In this document: positions 25,800 to 39,928 of the stretch, piece by piece
Layout: the number at the start of each line of letters is the position of its first letter
Numbering within the stretch: the first letter of the stretch is position 1
The notes under the pieces: model-generated
Seen by the model: only the letters and a program-made list of their open reading frames with translations
Databases searched by the model: none
Told to the model about the DNA's origin: nothing
Assembly (NCBI GenBank): GCA_964016885.1
Contig: OZ024741.1
Coordinates: forward strand, 131,254,001-131,318,000
Reading direction: 5' to 3'
From: Eledone cirrhosa
Taxonomy: Eukaryota
DNA: 64,000 nucleotides
Position numbers and translations under genes: made by a program

Positions 25800-27137
25800 T
25801 CGAGTACGGCCACTACTTTATATCCGATGCGCTGAACGAGTGTGGCTTTTTAGTCCAGCCAGCCACTTGAAAACTCTGGTACAAACACTACACTTGTGAC
25901 AATTATTGACACATAGTGCTGGGCCCATGGTACCATGTGACGACAAGTGCAGAGAGATCTCCAGATATAAAGCAATGCCTGTGCCGTGAAGCTTTTATAG
26001 TTAGCAAAGGTACTGCACAAAGCCAGTCCCACTCTCTTAACCAAGATGATATTTACCAAAAAGAAGAACAAGTCAACATCATTGGAAACCATCAGGGTTG
26101 CAGGTATTATATCAGAGTTTTCCTTCTGCTAGAATTCTGCCTTGACAAAGGCTAAGGGGTCATCTCTCCCGGTGATTTTGGATGGCCATTGACTCTTAAT
26201 AGCTCCTTTGCCCTTTGACAGGTTTTGTTTTTAGTCCTGCAGGATGTCCAAAGTCACCCTCCTCACCAAGAAACGTTGGTGGGGTTGCCAGTTTAGTCGC
26301 CAACGACCTGACCATACATACATACATACATACATTCATACATACATACATACATACATACATACATACATACATACATACATACATACATACATACATA
26401 CATACATACATCAGCTCCCTAATTCATTATCTACAAATGGCTGCGATAGCTGGCACCTTCAAAATTTGCAAAACATTCTTGCGATTCAAGGGATGACAAT
26501 TTTTTTTCTTTTACAACCTTGCCACCAGGTAGGTGGCCGGTCAAAAAAATATACTCGAAATTAAGAGAAAGAGATAACATACATACAAACTTGCATACTT
26601 ATATACATATATACATATACACATACATATACAGGTACGTATATATGTGCGTATATATAGTCGTGTGTGTATGTGCAAGGATACATATAAGCTTCACACT
26701 GGTAAGATATCACTCGGAAGATGTTTTTCTTGGATTGAGAAATCGTCTGGGGAGCTGTGATCCCACAGCGAAGAATAGCGTAAATTGTTGGAATATCCAA
26801 GCAGCAGCTTGCACAGCAAAACTGCAGTCAGGACATTGAAGTAAGTTAGGTCAGTTTTTATCTTGTTTTCTTTTCCCGCTTATGATTTATAACGCTCTGA
26901 CTAATTGATCATTTATTTATTTATATATTTAATTGATTCATTCATCGGGCAAAACTGGTAAATGATGACCCCTTATATGTATGTCTATATATGTATATAT
27001 AAACAATGAGTTATTTCGTTTGTTGATTATTCAACAAAGTTAATTTATAACAGATTAGAAGCATTGAACGAATTTTCCGGAGTATCATTAATATCAATAA
27101 TATTATTGATATATTTATATATATATATATATATATA

Positions 27138-27735
27138 TAAGTATGTATACGTACATACATACATATATACAGACGTACAGTAGTATGTATATATATACAT
27201 ACATGCACACATATGTATATGTACGTATGGATTCACCGAACATTTATTATAATGCTCGGTGTGTTTGTAAACAAACATCTCGTATTAAGCCGTAGTGTCT
27301 AGCAACCATCATTGCTCATTTGTTCAACACTGACAAAGGAACGCTGTACTAGTTTCAAGCTTATTAGCTATCGTCAGCAACATATACCTTCCTGCCAGAT
27401 GGTTGAACGTCTTAAAGTATATACTTTCCTTATGCATATTAACGGCTGAGCAGCCTAATTTGCATATCGAGTGAGTTAATCGGCCGGGGTACCGAAAACG
27501 ATAAACGGAAAAAATGAAACGAAATTTCATTTCTCGCTCTTAGTACGGCTGTTACTTAAATATAAGTATGTATACGTACATACATGTACACAGACGTACA
27601 GTAGTATATATCTATATATATACATACATGCACACATATATGTACGTATGGATTCAGCGAACATTTATTATAATGCTCGGTGTGTTTGTAAACAAACATC
27701 ACGAATTAAGCCGAACAGTGTCTAGCAACCATCGT
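27138..27735 (+). repeat. Dispersed repeat, two local copies (27138-27320, 27562-27735) and a third at about 34795-34940
   Basis: gtacgtatggattca.cgaacatttattataatgctcggtgtgtttgtaaacaaac shared. Confidence 0.8.
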
Positions 27736-27761
27736 TCAACCATCTGGCAGGAAGGTATACA

Positions 27762-28967
27762 GTGATCTTCCCACCATCATTGGTATCTCATCGCTTTAAA
27801 GACCATATACCTCCGGTTGGTGCGAGCAACAGCTAAAGAAAGTCGTTGGGACATGTAAATAAAGGGAACGAGCGAGAGTGTAAACAAACAAAGATGGTAA
27901 AGCAACGAAAAGTGAGGAAGAAAGAGTCAAGTCCCAGATTTCCATGAATATAAGTTCGGTGAAATCGTGAACGAGAGAGAATAAAGACCATCAAACCTAG
28001 TCGAAATGTGAGCAGGGAAGGAATTCTGCACAGGTCAAACGGGAGCAAGAAGGAGTCCAGTCCGTGAATTCGGTGAACATAGTTCTGTGAAATCGTAGAT
28101 GAGAGAGAGAAAAGGGGAACCAGCCTGGTCAAGCGTGCGCGAGAAAAGAATTACGCACAGGTCAAACGGGAGGAAGTAGGAGAGGTAGTATTAGAGAGTG
28201 AGTGATTGAAGGGTGAGGAAGAGGCTAACAGAGAGAGTGACTGTTAGAGAGGGTAAAGATACAGAGAAAGAGGAAGCAGTAAGAACGAAATAGACGGGTC
28301 ACAGCGGGGGAAAATATATGTGTGAATATGAGAACAAACGTGCTGCGTTGTTGCAAATGGGTTACATATGAATAAAGTTAGTCCTTCATAAGTGATCTTC
28401 CAACCATCATTGGTATTTCATCGCTTTAAAGACCATATACCTCCGGTTGGTGCGAGCAACAGCTAAAGAAAGTCATTGGGACACGTAAATAAAGGGAACG
28501 AGCGAGAGTGTAAACAAACAAAGATGGTAAAGCAACGAAAAGTGAGGAAGAAAAAGTCAAGTCCCAGATTTCCATGAATATAAGTTCGGTGAAATCGTGA
28601 ACGAGAGAGAATAAAGACCATCAAACCTAGTCGAAATGTGAGCAAGGAAGGAATTCCGCACAGGTCAAACGGGAGCAACAAGGAGTCCAGTCCGTGAATT
28701 CGGTGAACATAAGTTCTGTGAAATCGTAGATGAGAGAGAGAAAAGGGGAACCAGCCTGGTCAAGCGTGCGCGAGAAAAGAATTACGCACGGGTCAAACGG
28801 GAGGAAGTAGGAGAGGTAGTAGCAGAGAGTGAGTGAGTGAGGCTAACAGAGAGAGTGACTGTTAGAGAGGGTAAAGATACAGAGAAAGAGGAAGCAGTAA
28901 GAACGAAATAGACGGGTCACAGCGGGGGTAAATATATGTGTGAATATGAGAACAAACGTGCTGCGTG
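27762..28967. repeat. Tandem duplication, about 630-bp unit x2
   Basis: gtgatcttcc.accatcattgg starts at 27762 and 28392. The copies are nearly identical. Confidence 0.92.
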
Positions 28968-29068
28968 GTTAAGTGGTAAGGGAGCAGAGAGAGAGGGTGA
29001 GAAAAGCGATAGATGGTAAGAAAAAGAGAAAGAGAGAGAAAGGAGGAAGGAAATATATATACATGCAT

Positions 29069-29127
<59 letters not shown>

Positions 29128-29398
29128 TGTGTGTGTGCGTTTAATTTTTAACAAATAAAATTCAATTAAATTTAAAAATAAAAATAGAACCCATAAATGC
29201 CTAAATAAATAAATGAAACATTTGTCACCTAAAAGAGTGTGGGGGGGGGGCGATGACAGAAGCTGCCTCCAACAACTGACAACGACGATGACAACAGTAG
29301 CAATAACATAACGAACAGAAACAACAACAGCAATAACAAAGGTATGTGCTGGTCATTGACATCTAGACAATGAGGGGTCAATTTCACCATTATTTTAG

Positions 29399-29520
29399 GT
29401 CTGAGTTCAAATCCGGCCGAGGTTAACTTTGCCTTACATCCTTACGGGGGTCGATAAAATAAAGTACCAGTAATGTACTGAAAATTGCTGGCCTTGTGCC
29501 AAAAGTAGAAACAATTATTT
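29399..29520 (+). mobile_element. SINE fragment
   Basis: ctgagttcaaatccggccgagg...agtagaaacaatta. Confidence 0.85.
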
Positions 29521-30104
29521 TAGAGATTAGTAGGAAATGTCAGTTACGCATGACTTGACTTTTACTGTCAGGTGTCAGTATATATTCACTTTGAGTTATT
29601 AGAAATGTGTGTTGGGTTGTGGAATGTTGTGTGTACAGTATATGTAGCGAAAGGGATGAGGGCTAAAGGTTTGTGGTGGTGAGAGATTTAGAAGTGTGTA
29701 TGAGTGTGGTGGGTAGTGGCAAGATGCCGAAATCCTGATAAAAGTGCCATGCAATAACTGGGTTCGTTATCACCCTATATCACCTCAGATTTCTACTACA
29801 TTTTCCCATTACTAAGATAGAGATCAGTTCTATCATGAAACTTTTTATTTATGGATAATTACTATAATGGTTATCGGATGTAAGTACTGTACTTCGGGAA
29901 GTGTTGAATAGAACTAGAACTGATATATTACTTAGGGTGATGGTGCGATTCGTAGCGGTGATTTTATATGTCGGCTACTTAAACCTGTTATTATTACCTG
30001 CATCTAGTCAAGAAAGGCCTAAGTTCAAAAACAAATGCTTCCGTTCATGTTTGCAGCCCATGGTAATTTCCGATTAAATCTGTTGTTCGTTTCAGCTGTC
30101 TATT

Positions 30105-30365
30105 CTCTGAGTTCAAATGCCGCCGAGATCAACTTTGCCTTCCATCCTTTCAAGGTCAATAAAAAAAGTTCCAATCAAGTACTGGATCGATTCTTTCACT
30201 ATATCTCTTTCTCACTTCCTTTCCCTCACTTTCTGGAAGAAATATGCTGTACTCAAACCTGGAGAGGGACGGGTTCCGCCAGGGTAAAAATGCCCAAGAA
30301 AGGCCGTATGTTAATGCGGTGCCCCTACAACTCCAGTTGGAGTTACGGGACCATACCATAACTTA
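30105..30365 (+). mobile_element. SINE with 3' extension
   Basis: Homologous to the reverse complement of 9470-9740. Confidence 0.7.
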
Positions 30366-30720
30366 CCCATCTTCATGCAGAACGAAGTTTTAATCATAGA
30401 TCATTTGATATTTTTGAATCGCTAGACCGTCTCTGCTAATACAATCAGGAATCGTGTTTGTATTTTGAAATGAACTAACAATGTTATAATATCTACGCTT
30501 AAATACTGTGGTGGTTGTTCCGATGTAGACGTAGTCACTGTCTTTCGTGGTTAAAGTGAATTTATGTACTATGTCGGATAAAACGCAGCATAACCACTTA
30601 AGATAACTAAAACAATATGATGATAGCTATGTAAATAAAAGTCGAATAAATCCGGCTAAGTATGAAAAAAGCAGACAGATACGCCTCAGAGGAACTGAAA
30701 CACCACGCATCTCTTGAATG

Positions 30721-30793
<73 letters not shown>

Positions 30794-30939
30794 AGTCAAG
30801 GATCTTTGAGTAGCACCTGTTTCTCGAAACGTCGAAGCCAACAAGAGGGCCGTGACGATGGAGCTGCGAGGAATCCCGGGAGATTCCTTCCAGGAATGCG
30901 TGGAGCTGTGGCGGAGAAGGATTGGAAAGTGTGTAGGAC

Positions 30940-31975
30940 TCTTCTTCTTCTTCTTCTTCTTCTTCTTCTTCTTCTTCTTCTTCTTCTTCTTCTTCTTCTT
31001 CTTCCATCTATTCGTGAGAAGGTCATGGGAGCAGAGTCCTCAAACACGTTTTCTAGGGGGTTCTGTCAGAAGGAACCATATCCAAATGAGCCAACTGGAT
31101 CCCAAGCGTGACCAGCCAAACTCATGGATGTTATCCATTTATCTTGCTCGGGGTCTACCCCCGAGTTTCCTGCCGGTTAGTTTTGCCCATAAAATCTGTC
31201 CAGTGATTCTTCCCTGAGACATTCTAACCACATGCCCATAGTATCGGAGCTGTGATCTCTCAATTCGGAGAAGTAGTAGGTGTTCTATCTGGAGTGACTC
31301 TCTGATTTACGAGCTACACACTCTACCAAGTAACGTTACTCCAAAGACCCTTCAGAGGAACTCCATTTCTGCCGGTTGTATTCGCGATCGTATTCTTTCA
31401 GTCATCACCCAAGATTAATACCATAGGTAAGGATTGGTACGAAAACCGAATTGAAATCAGCAAGTTCGACTTTTACGCCTACCTCCCTTTTTCTGATTAC
31501 TGAATGATGAAACTGGCGCATTACTGCACCAGCTCCAGCAATTCTTGCACTTAATTCAGCCTCTTACGTTCCATCACTCGAGATACTTGAACCTCTCTAC
31601 CAGCTTCAGTGGAAATTCATTTACATGTAAAGTACACTGCGCAGGCTTTCTTAAGAGGACTAGCATCTCAGTCTCACAGCATTGGTTTTCATTCCGGCTA
31701 TGCGACACTCGGCATCAAACCTATCGCGTGCATGTTGGAGATCCTCTTCTGTCGAGTTAAGTAACATCATGTCATCTGCAAATTCAAGCCGACTGATTTT
31801 ATAGTGATCAGTTATGATACGACTTTCCAACGCGGCTGCGCATGTCAACCCTGTTCGTGTAAATAATGAACAGGAGAGGTGACAGTACGCACCCTGTCCG
31901 GAGTCCAACTACCAAATTAAATGGTTTATATTTAGTACGATTTATCCGAACAAAAATACACTTAACACTTCGAAG
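30940..31975 (-). mobile_element. RTE LINE 3' part with (GAA)n tail
   Basis: GLRTGCVLSPLLFIIY and LEFADDMMLL, an RTE-type 3' region, and a (TTC)n tract on + at about 30940-31005. Confidence 0.85.
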
Positions 31976-32098
31976 GAGAAAACTTGTAGTTTGTAGTTTA
32001 GATTTGAAATATTTTTCCTGCGAATCCCGTTCTGTTTCTTTTCTAACACACCTCATATTATGCATACTTATATATAAAAATACTCGGACTCAAACACA

Positions 32099-32178
<80 letters not shown>

Positions 32179-32221
32179 TGTTTGTGTTTGAGGCCGTGTA
32201 AATATATATATATATTGTTTT

Positions 32222-32612
32222 ACTTGGGGAGGGTTTGGAAAAAAGCGAGAAGTGACAGGGTCAGAAGAGAGGATACGGAAGGAACGGAAGATATGTCGCC
32301 GGAATGGTAGAGTCATGGGGTGGTAGGTGAGAGGGAAAGGAACACGGGTGTTTGGAGGGTGGGGCTGAGGTGAGAGGGATGTGGTGCGGTCTGTTTCACA
32401 GGCGCGGGTGAGAGCAGCTTGGATCAGGGTGGGGGGGTGGGGGGGATATCCACGCTGGATGAAACAGGAAACCATGCGAAGGGAATGGGTTTCGAAATCG
32501 TCGCCCTGGCTACAGAGTCGACGAAAACGGAGGAATTGGGAATATGGTATTGAATGTTTGGTGTGGGTTGGATGGGAGGAGGTGAAGTCAAGAAAAGATT
32601 GGGAGTCTGTTG
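32222..32612 (-). mobile_element. Penelope-like element RT C-terminal fragment
   Basis: TDSQSFLDFTSSHPTHTKHSIPYSQFLRFRRLCS...FIQRGYP...VPFPLTYHP, a characteristic PLE thumb/linker region, flanked by (TA)n. Confidence 0.85.
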
Positions 32613-33038
32613 ATATATATATGTGACAGTCTGTTTCTCTTTCCCTCGCTCAGTGCATGTGTGTACGTGTGTGTGTGAAATTGCTACAGTGGATTTTTTC
32701 TTTATGCAACTTTTTTTTATATTTATATTTCAAATTTATAAAAGGCTAGTGAAACATGACCCTCCCACAGTATAATAAAAAGATAACACTATGAAAACCA
32801 GAAAAACATTTTCTGTTATATAATTTAATATACAAGGAAAACAACTGCGACGCACATGATTTTAGAGTTGTCTCCCATGAAAGACACGCCTTGTATCATT
32901 TAGTGACTTAATGCGTCATAAAATGTTTACACGCCTAGATACACGTACACACATGCACGTACACACGTACACACAACCGTACATTTAATTATTTACATAC
33001 CCCCTCTCTCTGTCTGTCCGTCTCTCTGTGTGTCTGTC

Positions 33039-33600
<562 letters not shown>

Positions 33601-33725
33601 ATATATATATATATATATATAAATATACCTATATACATATGTAGTTGACAGATGAAAGAAAAAAGTACTCAATACCGAAGTAGAGTTTAAATATTCATAT
33701 TAGCCATAACAAATAAATATATATC

Positions 33726-33819
<94 letters not shown>

Positions 33820-33864
33820 AGAGCAAACATCACGGACGCTCTATCTCAAATTATTTTTGAAAAG

Positions 33865-34001
33865 CATTAGAAATGCGCAACCGGTAAAACTTAAAACCAA
33901 AACTGAATACTAACCAATACTATTACTAATTCTCACTTATTCCTAATTAAACTATTTTTCACTGTGAACAATTCGTCAGCATTTTCTATTCCGTTTACCA
34001 A

Positions 34002-34002
<1 letters not shown>
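33865..34002. repeat. Dispersed repeat with an inverted copy at about 41826-41970
   Basis: ttagaaatgcgcaaccggtaaaa...ttctattccgtttaccaat versus its reverse complement. Confidence 0.8.
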
Positions 34003-34039
<37 letters not shown>

Positions 34040-34041
<2 letters not shown>

Positions 34042-34485
34042 TTTTGAGTTTATGTTGGTTGTATAACAACACCTCAGTATGCAGGCTGGAGCACTCGACG
34101 AAGTGCGCAGATTGGTTTGGTTACTCCGGAGTAGTGTAAAATAAAGTTAAATAAAAGTCAAATGATTAAAATTTAGCTTCGTTTATTACTGCTATATATA
34201 TTTCAGTGACAGCCATCTTTGGCTGTGACCTCTTCAGGCAGTTTGAATTAGTATGGAACTGGAGTCATATGACTCCAGTTCCTCAGTGAAATAACAACCC
34301 AACAAGGAACTGGGCATATCAGAGTATTGACAATATTATACACCTCAACAACATATGTACTTGTCTATACCATACTAATTCAAACTGCCTGAAGAGGTCA
34401 CAGCCAAAGATGGCTGTCACTGAAATATATATAGCAGTAATAAACGAAGCTAAATTTTAATCATTTGACTTTTATTTAACTTTAT
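34040..34485 (-). mobile_element. Inverted-repeat pLTR-like element (116-bp arms 34141-34256 / 34370-34485, 113-bp spacer, left tail)
   Basis: The arms are reverse complements and each carries a hammerhead. Flanked by (TA)n. Confidence 0.85.
34384..34438 (+). ncRNA. Minimal type I hammerhead ribozyme (mirror on - strand at about 34188-34242)
   Basis: Stem I actgc/gcagt, CTGAAGA 34389-34395, stem II acagcca-aaga-tggctgt, GAAA 34422-34425, ATATATAT stem III, AATAAA at 34439. Confidence 0.82.
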
Positions 34486-34726
34486 ATATATATATATATA
34501 TATTCATTTAAATTATTGATGTATTGTTTTATTGATATTTTTTATGTTTGTCCCGAATCTTCTATTATCGATTTTTTATCGTATGGTTGATTGTAGACTT
34601 GTTCTATATGTGACGGTATTTTAACGATAGTTATAGCTCTGATTCATCTGAATTATTGAGCCCTCTGCCGCTCTTTTCGAATTTTGTTTATCGTGAACTC
34701 GTGCGCCGATTTTTCGATACTCGATC

Positions 34727-34794
<68 letters not shown>

Positions 34795-34996
34795 GTAAGT
34801 ATGTATGTATACGTACATACATACATGTATACAGGCGTATAGTAGTATGTATATATATACCTACATGCACACATATATATATGAACGTATGGGTTTACCG
34901 AACATTATTATAATGTTCGGTTTGTTTGTAAACAAACAGACAGCCCGAATTACTCCGTACTAAGAGAGAAAAATGAAATTTCGTTTCATTATTTTC

Positions 34997-35051
<55 letters not shown>

Positions 35052-35058
<7 letters not shown>

Positions 35059-35465
35059 ATCAAAAGATGGTTAAAGGAGTTCCATGTATTTTATTATGCG
35101 CATTTCAAAAACAAACATCATCATGCAATAATATTTGTGTTTTCATCAGATAAAACAGGAGAACATGATATGAAGGCTAAAAAACACTTGTGGATAGTGC
35201 AGTTTTAAATCAACATATTGATTTAAAACTGCACTATCCACAAGTGTTTTTTAGCCTTCATATCATGTTCTCCTGTTTTATCTGATGAAAACACAAATAT
35301 TATTGCATGATGATGTTTGTTTTTGAAATGCGCATAATAAAATACATGGAACTCCTTTAACCATCTTTTGATCTTATATTATGCATACTCCAGTCCTACA
35401 AACTGTAGAGTGCTTCTTATCCGATATCTGCATTGCTTTATTGTACTACAATAAAACTCACCTCC

Positions 35466-35468
<3 letters not shown>
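35052..35468 (+). mobile_element. Palindromic pLTR-like element (162-bp arms 35052-35213 / 35218-35379 plus tail)
   Basis: Apparently perfect inverted repeat with spacer cata, flanked by (TA)n. Confidence 0.85.
35276..35342 (+). ncRNA. Minimal type I hammerhead ribozyme (mirror on - strand at about 35089-35155)
   Basis: Stem I ttttat/ataaaa, CTGATGA 35282-35288, stem II acaaatattatt/gatgatgtttgt, GAAA 35325-35328, palindromic ATGCGCAT stem III, AUA triplet. Confidence 0.8.
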
Positions 35469-35532
<64 letters not shown>

Positions 35533-35540
<8 letters not shown>

Positions 35541-36394
35541 ATACTTTGTGATGGTCATGTTGCCAATAAGAAACACACGCACCAGTTGCTTTCACTTCAA
35601 TTTATTATAATAAATTTATAATAAATTTATAAATTTATAAATTTCTGGTTGGTTGGTTGGTTCCACAACCAGATAGTTGTTTATATATAGTCATAGTTCT
35701 TTCGTCACACACTCTGTGACCTCTTCAGTGACTGGGGATTCCTTTCTTTGTTTCTGTGCCTCTCCTTTGTTCTGTCCTACGCCATTTTGTTTCTGTGTGT
35801 GTGTTGTGTGCTCAGTCTGCGCATGCGCCACATCCGGGTGTCTGTGTGTGTGTTTATGTTCATTTATTTATTTGTTTATTTACATGTTACTGGTTGGTTG
35901 TTTGTTCTATGTGTGTGTGTGTTTTCATTTTGTCCTTAATTGTAAGTTGTGATGTTGCTGTTCCACTCATATTTTCTATTTAATTTTGGTTGTAATTCTT
36001 TTATGTTTATTGCCTCTGTAATCTGTAATGTGGCGCATACGCAGACTGAGCACACAACTGAGCACACAACACACACACAGAAACAAAATGGCGTAGGACA
36101 GAACAAAGGAGAGGCACAGAAACAAAGAAAGGAATCCTCAGTCACTGAAGAGGTCACAGAGTGTGTGACGAAAGAACTATGACTATATATAAACAACTAT
36201 CTGGTTGTGGAACCAACCAACCAACCAGAAATTTATAAATTTATAAATTTATTATAAATTTATTATAATAAATTGAAGTGAAAGCAACTGGTGCGTGTGT
36301 TTCTTATTGGCAACATGACCCTCCCAAAGTATAACAATATCGGTTTCAACACACGATTTCAGATAAAGAATCTTGCTAAACAAATTCAGAAACG
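35533..36394 (-). mobile_element. 5'-truncated Penelope-like copy with inverted pLTR (arms about 35533-35833 / 36028-36340)
   Basis: The spacer encodes the ORF C-terminus on - (LQITEAINIKELQPKLNRKYEWNS), homologous to the end of the GIY-YIG ORF at 36990-37240. The arms carry hammerheads. Confidence 0.85.
36140..36184 (+). ncRNA. Minimal type I hammerhead ribozyme (mirror on - strand at about 35688-35733)
   Basis: Stem I agtca/tgact, CTGAAGA 36145-36151, stem II gtcaca/tgtgac, GAAA 36170-36173, minimal stem III, CUA triplet. Confidence 0.72.
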
Positions 36395-36426
36395 ATATAT
36401 ATATATATATATATATATATAAGAAA

Positions 36427-36514
<88 letters not shown>

Positions 36515-36517
<3 letters not shown>

Positions 36518-37250
36518 CTTCGTTTTTGAATTTGTTTCGCAAGATTGTTGGAACAGATATTTTTATACTTTGGGAGGGTCATGCTGCCAATAAAAACACA
36601 CGCAGCTGTTGATTTTCACTTCAATCTATTATAAATTTCCAGTTGGTTGGCTGCTTAGTTCCATAACCGAATGGGTGTTTATATATTGTCAAAGCATTTT
36701 CGTCACACATTCTGTGACCTCCGCAGTGACTAGGTTTTTATTATGACTCTCCTTTGTTCTGTCCTACACCATCTTGTTTTTCTGTGTTGTGTGTGGTGTG
36801 CTTAGTTTGCTCATGCGTTACATCCGGGTGTGTGTCTGTGTTTTTATTTATTTATTTATGTGTTTAATTACTTGTCACTAGTTGGTTGTTTGTTTTATCT
36901 ATGTTTGTCTGATTTGTTTTGTTACTTAGGTTTCTTTGTGTCTCTGTATGTCTTCATTTTGTTCTTAATTACTAGTTGTGATGTTGTTGCTATTCCACTC
37001 GTGTTTTCCGTTTAATTTTGGTAGGATTTCGTTTATGTTTGTCGCCTCTGTGATTTGTCTGAGCATTACATCTTTTCTGTGTGTGGGTATAATTTCTTTT
37101 ATCTCTATGTTCTCTGTGTCCCTATGTTCTATTTTGTCATGTTGGTGGAGTACTGGTGAGTTTTTCCCATCCTGGAGTTCTCACCAGTGTTCACTTTTCC
37201 TTTCTCCTATGCTACGGGATTTGTCACCTATGTATGTTATATTCTTATTC
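36515..37250 (-). mobile_element. Penelope-like element 3' end: GIY-YIG endonuclease remnant plus pLTR
   Basis: Minus translation NITYIGDKSRSIGERKSEH...QITEATNINEILPKLNGKHEW. The pLTR is homologous to 35533-35833 and its hammerhead core is mutated (CUGCGGA). Confidence 0.82.
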
Positions 37251-38329
37251 CTACAACTTGGGGGTCCAGCCGGTTCAAATGGAGACGGTTGATTCTGACA
37301 TGACCTGCATATACAAAAAGGTGACTTACCACTTTGATTGTGTTCGACGTAGTCATTTGGACTATGTACATCTGATATTTATTAATATTAATTGTGATAT
37401 CAAGTAAGATAAATCAATCTAATATGGATAATCCACGGAATTTTAAATATACAGGTTGATAGAAAAACAAGGGCCACATGCTGATATTCAATGAATCATT
37501 TATTAAATACTTACACATATTTCAATGTTTTACATAATGGGCCTAAGAAATCTACATTACTACGTAATCCATTATTCTACACTGCTCGAAAGTATTTAAC
37601 GTATTTCTGCAAGGAAAGTCTCACTTATATAGAATATCTTACATACATACCCATATACACGTCCACCTATACTCGTATGCATAAGATCATACATGCATAT
37701 TCGTTTATAAACATACACATGCGTATGTTCATGTACAAACAATTGCGTACAATTTGCGGTGGTGCGTTGTTTCCTCGTGCCAAATACTTTACTTCTCGTT
37801 GCTCCAGTCCACTCAGCTGGCAAATATTAATTGTACCGGTAATTCAAGGGAGCCACTTTTGTTACATCATTTGTTTCACTGAATTATTCCCCTGAGAATA
37901 TCGTTAAAATTACACGTGTCTCTGGGATGCTCAGCTACAAGCACGTTAATTTCCCTAATATGATGTTCCATTGCTCGAATCAACTTGAACTGACGTCGTC
38001 ACAACCGACTGACTTCTAACACACGCATTACATAACATATACACAGAGACAATAACATGTTCATAATGAGATGGTTCATAAAGCGATAGTAAAATTAAGG
38101 CTCAAACAATCTTAAATTTGAACCTGAGAGAGTTTTTAAAGTGTGTTAGGTTTCGTTAACATTATTTGGGGCTGTTATATTATGAATAAGGTAGATGGAC
38201 TTTCTTAATCACGAATATCACCTATACCTTTGGCTATCTATTCTTAAGTCCATTCATTTGGATACCAAAACACAAGAAAACGCTTCTTGTTCTTCATACA
38301 AAACTATATATATAAAAAATGAACATCAC

Positions 38330-38455
38330 AATTGCTTCTACTTTAGGCACAAGGCTAGCAATATGAAGGGGAGGGAGAAAGTCGATTAAATCGATCCCAG
38401 TACTTATTGGTGCTTTATTTTCTCGATGCCGTAGGGATGAAAGGCAAAGCTTGCC
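38330..38455 (-). mobile_element. SINE fragment
   Basis: Reverse-complement SINE body. Confidence 0.7.
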
Positions 38456-39129
38456 TCGTGATATTACGTGAGAACATTCGCTAAGTTATTTTCCAAATCC
38501 CAGCTTAGTAGCTGGAGTTTGGAAAATAACTTAGAAAATGTTAATGAGAAAGTTATGAGAAAGTTAATTATATTATAAAATGGTTTTAATATTTTCAAAA
38601 TTATTTGAAAATTATAAGCAGCGACTTTCATTAGAAATAATGCAAGGACAGTATTAATTGGTCATTCAGTTTAACATCACTACCAACTGGATTTTGGCTG
38701 CCATTTAGAGGAGTTTCCTAATGTGGATAAAGATAATGACACCCATTTTACTTTCTTTTGGGTATCATCTAACACCACTACTGGCCTTGTATTTCCTTTA
38801 GTGCAATCCACGTTTGTAGGAGATTTCACTAGTTAAAAACCACTACCAAGTATAATTTGGTTGCCTTTAGCACAATGTACTTTTGTAGTAGACTTAATCA
38901 ATCGCTCTGTTTAACACCAATCATACCTGACATTTCAGTACTATTTTTCAGAAGTGATTATTTTACTGCAGTAATGTGCCAGCTTCAGCATTCGGCAATC
39001 AGAAGGGAGGAAAATGCCATACTTGTTATCTTCAATTCGGTATTCGTGCCAGCCTTTAAGGTCAGGAATTTTGGATAATGACTGAAAAAAAAAAGAAAAT
39101 TAAAAATTTAAAAAAAAGATGATAGTTAA

Positions 39130-39366
39130 TACAAGCAGCCGAAATGGGGTTCCTTCGAGGATTCTTTGGAGTAACATACTCGATAAAGTGCGTAGGTCGG
39201 AAATCAGAGAGTGGTTACAGGTAGAGCTATTGTTTCTCCAAATTGAGGGATCACAGGGCATGTGGTTAGAATTTCTTATGAAGAACCACCAGCCATATTT
39301 TACTGGCAAAACCAACCGGCAAGAGACCAAGGGGTAAACCCCGAGCAAGATGGTTGGATAACATCC
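39130..39366 (+). mobile_element. RTE LINE 3' fragment
   Basis: QAAEMGFLR and DKVRRSEIREWLQVE, homologous to 31125-31380 (-). Confidence 0.7.
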
Positions 39367-39516
39367 ATTTCTGAAGAAGCCGCAAATAAATAGACTTACG
39401 AAACACAAGGTAAAAATAATGATTCTTATAGAAAAGAAATAATAGCAGGGGAAATAATCGGTTTTACTTTCATCGAGTAGTGTCCCTTTGGCATATTCTA
39501 AAAAAAAAAAAAAAGT

Positions 39517-39708
39517 GGGGCAGAGTATTGGCAGTATTGGTAGAGAGTCGGACGCCATGCTTTCCAGCATAGTTACATCCCATTACGGTCTGAGTTCAAA
39601 TCCCGCCGAGGTTGACTTTGCCTTTCATCCTTACCGGGTCGATAAAATAAAGTACCAGTAATGTACTAGGTATTTGCTGGCCTTGTGCCAAAAGTAGAAA
39701 CAATTATT
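39517..39708 (+). mobile_element. SINE, near full length
   Basis: gggcagagtattggcagtattggtagagagtcggacgccatgc...ctgagttcaaatcccgccgagg...agtagaaacaatta. Confidence 0.88.
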
Positions 39709-39737
39709 CTAAAAAATCAAATATTTTAAATGTGTTC

Positions 39738-39928
39738 TACATTGGGAGGGTCGTGCTGCCAATAAATAAATACACACGTACCAGTCAGGTTTCATCTCAA
39801 TTTATTATTAAACATTTTCGTCACTTAGTTTAATAACAACAATTATCCGGTTATTAAACTCAACTGGTGCGTGTTTTCTTCCATTTTTTTTTTTTTTTTT
39901 TTTTTTGCAGCATAACCCTCCCAATGTA
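39738..39928. mobile_element. Short element with inverted termini of the 35533/36340 pLTR family
   Basis: tacattgggagggtcgtgctgccaataa...gtaccagt / actggtgcgtg...gcagcataaccctcccaatgta. Confidence 0.6.

Noticed and set aside
33950-33985. Minus-strand CTGACGA-attgttcacagt-GAAA as a hammerhead
   Set aside because: Stem I does not pair, and the second copy (about 41845) lacks the core.
39366-39420. CTGAAGA...GAAAC...GTA as a hammerhead
   Set aside because: Stem II is poorly paired and stem I is weak. At best a decayed copy.
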